24,000 nucleotides of DNA from Aliarcobacter cibarius (GTDB lineage: Bacteria; Campylobacterota; Campylobacteria; Campylobacterales; Arcobacteraceae), in contig NZ_CP054051.1 of assembly GCF_013372265.1 (NCBI RefSeq), forward strand, positions 608,263 through 632,262, given 5' to 3'. How positions within the stretch are numbered: position 1 is the first letter of the stretch; each line of letters opens with the position of its first letter. Position numbers and translations under genes: made by a program. The notes under the pieces are model-generated. The model saw nothing but the letters and a program-made list of their open reading frames with translations. It was not told the origin of the DNA and searched no databases. This document shows, one piece after another, positions 6,952 to 13,413 of the stretch.

Positions 6952-8553
6952 ATGACAGACCAAAAATTTTTACAAGATTTAGAAAAAAAGCTATGGACTT
7001 CAGCAAATAAACTTTTACCTTCACTAGATGCAGCTGTTTACAAGCATGTAGTTTTGGGTATGGTGTTTTTAAAATATGTTTCAGATAGTTTTGAAACAAG
7101 AAGACAAGAACTAATTGGTGAGTTTACAAACCCAAAAAGTGACTACTACCTAAGCAACAATAAAGAAGATGAACTTGTGCTTGAAGAGCTAGAAAATAGA
7201 GATTTTTATACAGAAAAAAATATATTTTGGGTTCCTGCAACTGCAAGATGGAACTATATTCAAAACTCTATTCGTCTATCTTTGGGTTCAACACTTCCTC
7301 TTGGTGGTGAGTTTAAAGGAGCTGGAAAACTTCTTGATGATACTATGGAAGCCATAGAAAAAGAGAATCCTAAATTAAAAAGAATTTTAAATAAAAACTA
7401 CGCTCAACTTCAAATAGAACAAAACAAACTAGCAGACCTTTTTGATTTAATATCAACTATACCATTTACTCATCACAACCTAAAAGCAAAAGATATTTTA
7501 GGTCATGTTTATGAGTATTTTTTAGGTCAATTTGCTTCAGCTGAAGGAAAAAAAGGTGGTCAATTTTATACTCCAAAATCAATAGTAAACCTAATAGTAG
7601 AGATGATAGAACCATACAAAGGAAGAATTTACGACCCTGCAATGGGAAGTGGTGGATTTTTTATAAGTTCTGAGAAGTTTATAGAAGCACATAATGGAAG
7701 AATTGGAGATATATCTATTTATGGTCAAGAGTCAAATCCTACAACTTGGAGATTGGCTGCTATGAATATGGCAATTCGTGGTTTGGATTTTAATTTTGGA
7801 AAAGAGCCTGCTGATACTTTGGTAAATGACTTACACCCTGATTTAAGAGCAGATTTTGTATTAGCAAATCCACCTTTTAATCAAAGCGAATGGTGGAGTG
7901 CAAGCTTGGAAAATGATGCTAGATGGAAAGACTATCCAACCCCTCCACAAGGAAATGCAAACTTTGCTTGGATGCTTCATATGCTATATCACACAGACCC
8001 AACAACTGGAGTTGTAGGACTAGTGCTTGCAAATGGAAGTTTAAGCTCAACTACAAGTGGTGAGGGAGAGATAAGAAAAGCAATAGTACAAAATGATTTG
8101 GTAGAAGCAATAGTTGCTCTTCCATCTCAACTTTTTGCAAATACACAAATTCCTGCTTGTATATGGATACTCAACCGTAACAAAAAACAAAAAGGGAAAA
8201 CTCTCTTTATAGATGCTAGAGATTTTGGATATATGATAGATAGAAAACAAAGAGATTTTGACACAAACGACATCAAAACCATAGCTAAAATGTTTCACCA
8301 CTTTAGAGACGCTGCAGAGTTTGAAAACATCGCAGGGAAATACTATAGTGCCACAACTGAGGAGATAGCAAAACAAGAGTATATCCTAACCCCTGGGCGA
8401 TATGTAGGCACTGAAGAGGTAGAAGATGATGGAATCCCTTTTAAAGAAAAGATGGATAAACTCACAAAAACTCTTGAAGAGCAGTTCAAAGAGAGTGCAA
8501 GACTAGAAGGAATGATAAAAGAGAACTTGGCGGGGTTAGGGTATGAAATCTGA
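6952..8553 (+). CDS. hsdM: Type I restriction-modification system, DNA methyltransferase subunit M (N6-adenine)
   Basis: The HsdM N-terminal region reads LWTSANKLLPSLDAAVYKHVVLGMVFLKYVSD. The AdoMet motif is IYDPAMGSGGFF and the catalytic motif is LANPPFN. AGGGGAGA lies about 8-10 nt upstream of the ATG. Confidence 0.95.
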   Translation: MTDQKFLQDLEKKLWTSANKLLPSLDAAVYKHVVLGMVFLKYVSDSFETRRQELIGEFTNPKSDYYLSNNKEDELVLEELENRDFYTEKNIFWVPATARWNYIQNSIRLSLGSTLPLGGEFKGAGKLLDDTMEAIEKENPKLKRILNKNYAQLQIEQNKLADLFDLISTIPFTHHNLKAKDILGHVYEYFLGQFASAEGKKGGQFYTPKSIVNLIVEMIEPYKGRIYDPAMGSGGFFISSEKFIEAHNGRIGDISIYGQESNPTTWRLAAMNMAIRGLDFNFGKEPADTLVNDLHPDLRADFVLANPPFNQSEWWSASLENDARWKDYPTPPQGNANFAWMLHMLYHTDPTTGVVGLVLANGSLSSTTSGEGEIRKAIVQNDLVEAIVALPSQLFANTQIPACIWILNRNKKQKGKTLFIDARDFGYMIDRKQRDFDTNDIKTIAKMFHHFRDAAEFENIAGKYYSATTEEIAKQEYILTPGRYVGTEEVEDDGIPFKEKMDKLTKTLEEQFKESARLEGMIKENLAGLGYEI

Positions 8554-9856
8554 TAAGTTATCAAATCTTGTTGATAAAATTTTTAGTGGCGGAACACCAA
8601 GTACAAGTAATGAAAAATATTGGAATGGACAATACTCTTGGCTTTCATCAGGGGAGACAGGAAATAAATTTATAAATTCAACTGAAAAAAGTATTACAAA
8701 GCTTGGGATTGATAATTCATCTACAAAACTTGCTCTCAAAAATGATATAGTTATTGCCTCTGCTGGTCAGGGAAAAACTAGAGGTCAAACTTCTTTTTGT
8801 AATATTGATACATATATAAATCAATCAGTAGTAGCAATTAGAACAAATGAAAAAATTCTTGATTCTAAATGGCTATTTTATAATTTATCGAGTAGATATG
8901 AAGAAATGAGAAGTTTGTCTGATTCTCATAGCATTAGAGGTAGTTTAACAACCAAACTATTAGGAATAATGGAAATAGAATATCCAGAATTAGAAACTCA
9001 AAAAAAGATAGCTCATATTCTCTCAACTCTTGATGAGAAAATAGAACTTAACCGTAAAATGAACCAAACATTAGAAGAGATGGCTCAAACTATTTTCAAG
9101 TCATGGTTTGTAGACTTCGACCCCGTACATGCAAAAGCAAATTGCGAGAGTGAAGCAGAACTTGAAAATATCGCCAAAGAGTTAGGTATTAGTAAAGAAA
9201 TCCTAGACCTTTTCCCTAGCGAATTTATTGAGAGCGAAATGGGTATGATACCTAAAGGGTGGGAAGCTACAGAGTTATCTCAAATCTGTAAAATTCAATC
9301 TGGGTATGCTTTTAAAAGTGCTTGGTGGCAAGATACTGGAGTAAAAGTAATTAAAATAAAAAATATTGATGGAAATAGAGTTAATACTTTAGATTGCGAG
9401 TGTGTTTCTGAAGAAATAGCTACTAAAAATTCTAATTTTAAACTTTCAAGTGGAGATTTCCTTATCGCAATGACTGGTGCTACGGTTGGAAAAGTTGGTG
9501 TAATTTATACATCGGATGAAGAGTATTTGCTCAATCAACGAGTTGGAAGATTTCAACCTATTAAATATTATGATGAATATGTAAAAATATTTGCAAGTTC
9601 AAGCAAATTTTTTGAGAGTATTCAAGGACAAGCACAAGGAAGCGCTCAACCCAATATTAGTGCTAGAGAGATTGAAACAGTAAAAATTATTAAACCTAAC
9701 AATGAAATTATGAAAGTATTTTCATCGTTGCTTAATCCATTTTTTTCAAAAATTCTAGAACATCAAGGAGAGATTCAAACTCTTGAAAAAACTAGGGATA
9801 CATTACTTCCTAAACTTTTAAGTGGTGAAATCGATGTATCGGAGTTGAAAATTTGA
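8543..9856 (+). CDS. hsdS: Type I restriction-modification system, specificity subunit S
   Basis: Two target-recognition domains are separated by the conserved central helix KKIAHILSTLDEKIELNRKMNQTLEEMAQTIFKSWFVDFDPV. The conserved C-terminal helix is LEKTRDTLLPKLLSGEIDV. The start overlaps the hsdM stop by 11 nt. Confidence 0.95.
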   Translation: MKSDKLSNLVDKIFSGGTPSTSNEKYWNGQYSWLSSGETGNKFINSTEKSITKLGIDNSSTKLALKNDIVIASAGQGKTRGQTSFCNIDTYINQSVVAIRTNEKILDSKWLFYNLSSRYEEMRSLSDSHSIRGSLTTKLLGIMEIEYPELETQKKIAHILSTLDEKIELNRKMNQTLEEMAQTIFKSWFVDFDPVHAKANCESEAELENIAKELGISKEILDLFPSEFIESEMGMIPKGWEATELSQICKIQSGYAFKSAWWQDTGVKVIKIKNIDGNRVNTLDCECVSEEIATKNSNFKLSSGDFLIAMTGATVGKVGVIYTSDEEYLLNQRVGRFQPIKYYDEYVKIFASSSKFFESIQGQAQGSAQPNISAREIETVKIIKPNNEIMKVFSSLLNPFFSKILEHQGEIQTLEKTRDTLLPKLLSGEIDVSELKI

Positions 9857-10401
9857 TAGAAAATATTGAAAAGTTTTTTCAAGCAATTCATTTAGCTCCA
9901 AGACACTTATTTGGTATATGTGTTTTGGGTTTATTTTTACTCTTTAGTTCCTCAAATGTTTTGAGTATATTTGGAATTGAAACAATAGTTAATGACCATC
10001 GAGCTTTTATAGGACTTTTGACACTTTTTTCTTTTGTTTTTTTTATTATTCAATTAATACCAGCCATAAGTAAAAAGTACAGACTACATCAATACAAAAA
10101 GCAATTATTAAATGAGCTTTACTCACTTTCTAAAGAGGAAAAAGTTTTGTTGTTGTATTGTTTATATAATAATCAAAAAACTATTTCCCTGCCTATAACA
10201 CATTCTGTAGCTAATCGATTAAAAAGCAAAGGCATTTTAAAAATGTCTCATGGAACTGGGAATAGTCTTGCTTGGTCTTATAATATACAAAATGATATTT
10301 GGAATAAACTTCAAATGTATGAATTAATACTTTTAGATGATTTGACTGAGCAAGAAATGCAAAGAATAAGACATGAAATTTTTAGTAAATATTATAATTA
10401 G
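9853..10401 (+). CDS. SieB-like (superinfection exclusion B family) 2-TM membrane protein, embedded in the hsd operon
   Basis: A TTG start overlaps the hsdS TGA (TTGA at 9853-9856), with GGAG 8 nt upstream. There is no in-frame ATG until residue 131. Two N-terminal TM helices lie at about residues 19-35 and 51-72. The soluble domain LYSLSKEEKVLLLYCLYNNQKTISLPITHSVANRLKSKGIL matches my recollection of the PF14163 pattern (L..L...EK..L...Y.....T..LP......V..L...GIL). Confidence 0.55.
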   Translation: MIENIEKFFQAIHLAPRHLFGICVLGLFLLFSSSNVLSIFGIETIVNDHRAFIGLLTLFSFVFFIIQLIPAISKKYRLHQYKKQLLNELYSLSKEEKVLLLYCLYNNQKTISLPITHSVANRLKSKGILKMSHGTGNSLAWSYNIQNDIWNKLQMYELILLDDLTEQEMQRIRHEIFSKYYN

Positions 10402-10414
10402 TTAGGAGCCGTAA

Positions 10415-11896
10415 ATGTCAAGATGGATATATAGTTTTAGTAATCATGCATTTAATGTAACATGGGAAGATTTAAAAACTCAATTACAAAAAAGTGAAGT
10501 AGATGAAACTATTACTGCAAGTGTAGAAGAACTCGCGAGACTAAAAAAAGTAATAGCATTTATAGATAATGCTTTGTATAGTTTAGAGCCAGAGTTAGTT
10601 CCTCTTTCATTTTTGGATAATTTCAATAATCAAGCTGCTGAATGTAGAAATCAGATAAATAGCTATAACTCAAATAACAATATCGGACATATTACAAATG
10701 CAAATAACAATGCAGATAATCTATTAAGTTATGTAAGACCTTATTTTTTAAGCTCTGAAGCTTTAAAAAAATCTTTACTTGGTGCTATTCGTGCATATAC
10801 AAATGAGATTGATAAACATCTTGGCAAGATAACAGATACTGAGTCTGAATACAAAAAAGTTCAAAAATTTAGAGAAGATATTGAAGAGTATTATAATATT
10901 TTATTTAGCAACGATGAAGAAAAATCTGTTAGAGAGCAAATAGATACTTTACTAAAAGGTACAGAAGAAAAATATAGTGCAATCAATAAATTTCATGATG
11001 AAACTTTAGTTGATGAAGGACATATATCCACTAAATCACAAATCATTGAAGCTAAAAAAGATATTTTAAGAGATGTGAAAGAAGCAAATGAAAAGCTTGT
11101 TGGTGTTTCTGGAAAAATTGAAGAGCTAGATAAATTTTATACTAAAGTATTTGGCACAGAGAATGATGAAGGAAAAGTAGTTGGTGGATTAAAACTTGAG
11201 ATAGAACAAAGAATAAAAGCTTTAGATGATTTCAAAAAAGAGCAAGAAAGAATTTATAATGAAGAAATGACTTCAAGACTAGAATCTTTAAAACAATATG
11301 AACAAGAGCAACAAGCTAATAATAAAAATTTGTATGAACAAATAGAAAAATTACTACCAGGGGCAACAAGTGCTGGTCTTGCTAAAGCATACCAAGACAT
11401 GAAAGAATCATTTGATAAACCAATTGAAAACTGGAATAGAGTTTTTATAGCCTCTATTGTAATTATGTTTATTTCTACTTTTGTATCATTTGTTGATATA
11501 GGGATTGTTAAAGATAATGTTATAACTTTGTTTAGTTTTAAACAAATCGGAGATTTTACAAGTACACTTAATAATTTATTATTTAAGTTGCCTCTTTATG
11601 CTCCACTTATTTGGTTGGCAATATTTGCTAGTAAAAGAAGAAGCGAAAATCAAAGATTACAACAAGAGTATGCTCACAAAGAAGCATTGGCGAAATCTTA
11701 TGTAAGCTATAAAATGCAAATTGATGAACTAAATCAAGAAGATAAAAAGCTTCTCGAAAAATTATTAGATAGTTCCATAAATACGGTTTCTCATAATGCA
11801 AGTGAAAGTTTAGATAAAAAACATGGAGATACTACTCCTATGCAAGAAACTATAAAAATGACTGTTGAACAAGTTTTGAAATTGAAAGGTAATTAA
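10415..11896 (+). CDS. Long helical/coiled-coil protein with a C-terminal 2-TM hairpin; no family recognised
   Basis: AGGAG lies 6 nt upstream of the ATG. Residues about 100-310 are charged and heptad-like, for example EQRIKALDDFKKEQERIYNEEMTSRLESLKQYEQEQQ. A LLPGATSAGLAKAY motif follows. TM1 is VFIASIVIMFISTFVSFV (nt about 11438-11494) and TM2 is LLFKLPLYAPLIWLAIFA (nt about 11570-11632). The tail is basic and amphipathic: SKRRSENQRLQQEYAHKEALAKSYVSY. Confidence 0.7.
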   Translation: MSRWIYSFSNHAFNVTWEDLKTQLQKSEVDETITASVEELARLKKVIAFIDNALYSLEPELVPLSFLDNFNNQAAECRNQINSYNSNNNIGHITNANNNADNLLSYVRPYFLSSEALKKSLLGAIRAYTNEIDKHLGKITDTESEYKKVQKFREDIEEYYNILFSNDEEKSVREQIDTLLKGTEEKYSAINKFHDETLVDEGHISTKSQIIEAKKDILRDVKEANEKLVGVSGKIEELDKFYTKVFGTENDEGKVVGGLKLEIEQRIKALDDFKKEQERIYNEEMTSRLESLKQYEQEQQANNKNLYEQIEKLLPGATSAGLAKAYQDMKESFDKPIENWNRVFIASIVIMFISTFVSFVDIGIVKDNVITLFSFKQIGDFTSTLNNLLFKLPLYAPLIWLAIFASKRRSENQRLQQEYAHKEALAKSYVSYKMQIDELNQEDKKLLEKLLDSSINTVSHNASESLDKKHGDTTPMQETIKMTVEQVLKLKGN

Positions 11897-13413
11897 TGCC
11901 ACTTCCAATAAATATAAACGAATTAATTCATGGCTCAACTGTAGAGTGGGAGAGAATAGAGTTTAAAGAGGGATGGAATCCTGAAATTATTTTACATACT
12001 ATTTGTGCATTTGCAAATGATATAAACAACTGGGGTGGTGGCTATCTTATAATAGGCATCGCTGAGTCAAACGGTAGAGCCGTTTTGCCTCCAAAAGGTT
12101 TGGATATAAACGAGCTTGACAAAATCCAACAAGAACTTCATCAACTTTGCCATAAAATCACACCTACTTATTTTCCAGTAGTTGAACCATACAAAATAGA
12201 AGGAAAGCACTTTTTGGTGGTATGGTGTGCAGGTGGTGAAGCTAGACCATATAAAGTAAATAAAACATTATCAAATAATTCAGATAAAGCCTACTATGTG
12301 CGAAGAATGTCTTCAACTGCAAAAGCAAATGAGCAAGAAGAACAACAACTTTTACAATTAACTGCAAAAATACCTTTTGATGATAGGGTAAATCATCATG
12401 CAACTATTTCCGATTTATCACTAGCTCATATACGAATATTTTTACAAGATGTAAAAAGTGATTTATTTGAAAGTGCTACAAAAATACCATTTGAAGATTT
12501 AGTAAGAATGATGCAAATAGCAAGAGGAAGTAGTGAATATTTACGACCTGTAAATGTTGGATTACTCTTTTTTAGTGAAACTCCTGAGAAGTTTTTCCCT
12601 TATACACAAATAGAAGTAACTATATATCATGATGATATTGGAGATAGTTTTAGTGAAAAAGTTTTTAAAGGTCCAATTCACAAGCAACTAAGAGATGCAC
12701 TTGCTCATATAAAAACACTTGTAATAGAAGAACATGTGCAAAAAGTAGATGGTCAAGCAGAAGCGATAAGGTACTACAACTACCCATTTGAAGCAGTTGA
12801 AGAAGCACTTGCAAATGCTGTATATCATAAAAACTATGAAGAGCGAGAGCCTATCAAAGTTAATGTTTTAGCTGATAAAATGGAGATAATCTCTCATGGT
12901 GGAGCGATGCCACCTATTACAAAAGATGATTTCAAAAAAGATAGAATTATCACTATGAAATATCTTAACAGAAGAATTGGTGATTTTCTAAAAGAGCTTC
13001 ATTTAACAGAAGGAAAAGGCACAGGAATACCAAAAATAAAAAGAGCTATGAAAAACAATGGTTCAGATGAACCTATTTTTGAAACAGATGAAGCTAGAAC
13101 TTATTTTGTGACTATTTTAAAAGCAAAGCTAGAGGAAAGTAATTTATCTCGTGACCGATTACGACCGATTACGACCGATTACGGACGATTAGCGGACAAT
13201 TACGGACGATTAGATTTAGAAGAAGAAAAAATTATAAAATATTTACTTGATTATGGAAAGATAACTAGAAAAGAGCTTTTGGAAATAATAAATGTAAAAA
13301 AAACAAAAGCTCATGAGATACTTAGCCAAATGGTAGAGAAAAAAATTATTATTAAAAGTGGTCAAGGAAGAAGTACGCATTATATTTTAGGGGAAATAAA
13401 AAATGATAAATGA
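11896..13413 (+). CDS. COG2865-type protein: Schlafen-like AlbA_2 domain + HATPase_c_4 (RecG C-terminal-like) domain + C-terminal winged HTH
   Basis: AlbA_2 pattern: EWERIEFKEGW...ICAFANDINNWGGGYLIIGI. HATPase_c_4 pattern: EEALANAVYHKNYEEREPIKVNVLADKMEIISHGG, followed by GKGTGIPKIKRAMKNNGSDEPIFE. wHTH pattern: EEKIIKYLLDYGKITRKELLEIINVKKTKAHEILSQMVEKKII. The start overlaps the upstream stop (TAATG). Confidence 0.8.
   Translation: MPLPININELIHGSTVEWERIEFKEGWNPEIILHTICAFANDINNWGGGYLIIGIAESNGRAVLPPKGLDINELDKIQQELHQLCHKITPTYFPVVEPYKIEGKHFLVVWCAGGEARPYKVNKTLSNNSDKAYYVRRMSSTAKANEQEEQQLLQLTAKIPFDDRVNHHATISDLSLAHIRIFLQDVKSDLFESATKIPFEDLVRMMQIARGSSEYLRPVNVGLLFFSETPEKFFPYTQIEVTIYHDDIGDSFSEKVFKGPIHKQLRDALAHIKTLVIEEHVQKVDGQAEAIRYYNYPFEAVEEALANAVYHKNYEEREPIKVNVLADKMEIISHGGAMPPITKDDFKKDRIITMKYLNRRIGDFLKELHLTEGKGTGIPKIKRAMKNNGSDEPIFETDEARTYFVTILKAKLEESNLSRDRLRPITTDYGRLADNYGRLDLEEEKIIKYLLDYGKITRKELLEIINVKKTKAHEILSQMVEKKIIIKSGQGRSTHYILGEIKNDK
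13151..13211 (+). repeat. GC-rich imperfect tandem repeat of a 10-bp unit (about 6 copies) inside orf505
   Basis: The units are GTGACCGATT, ACGACCGATT, ACGACCGATT, ACGGACGATT, AGCGGACAATT (11 bp) and ACGGACGATT. They encode the linker RDRLRPITTDYGRLADNYGRL between the HATPase_c_4 domain and the wHTH. Confidence 0.85.

Noticed and set aside
8047-8739. Minus-strand ORFs 8047..8376, 8343..8564 and 8536..8739, antisense to hsdM and hsdS
   Set aside because: They are antisense shadows within strongly supported hsdM and hsdS coding sequence. The translations are Ser/Phe/Leu-rich with no motifs.
10671-10711. 11-bp direct repeat CAAATAACAAT (10671-10681 and 10701-10711) in orf493
   Set aside because: The copies are in frame and 30 nt apart, and encode an Asn-rich low-complexity insert (SNNNIGHITNANNNA). 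This is most simply a codon-level repeat, not a regulatory element.
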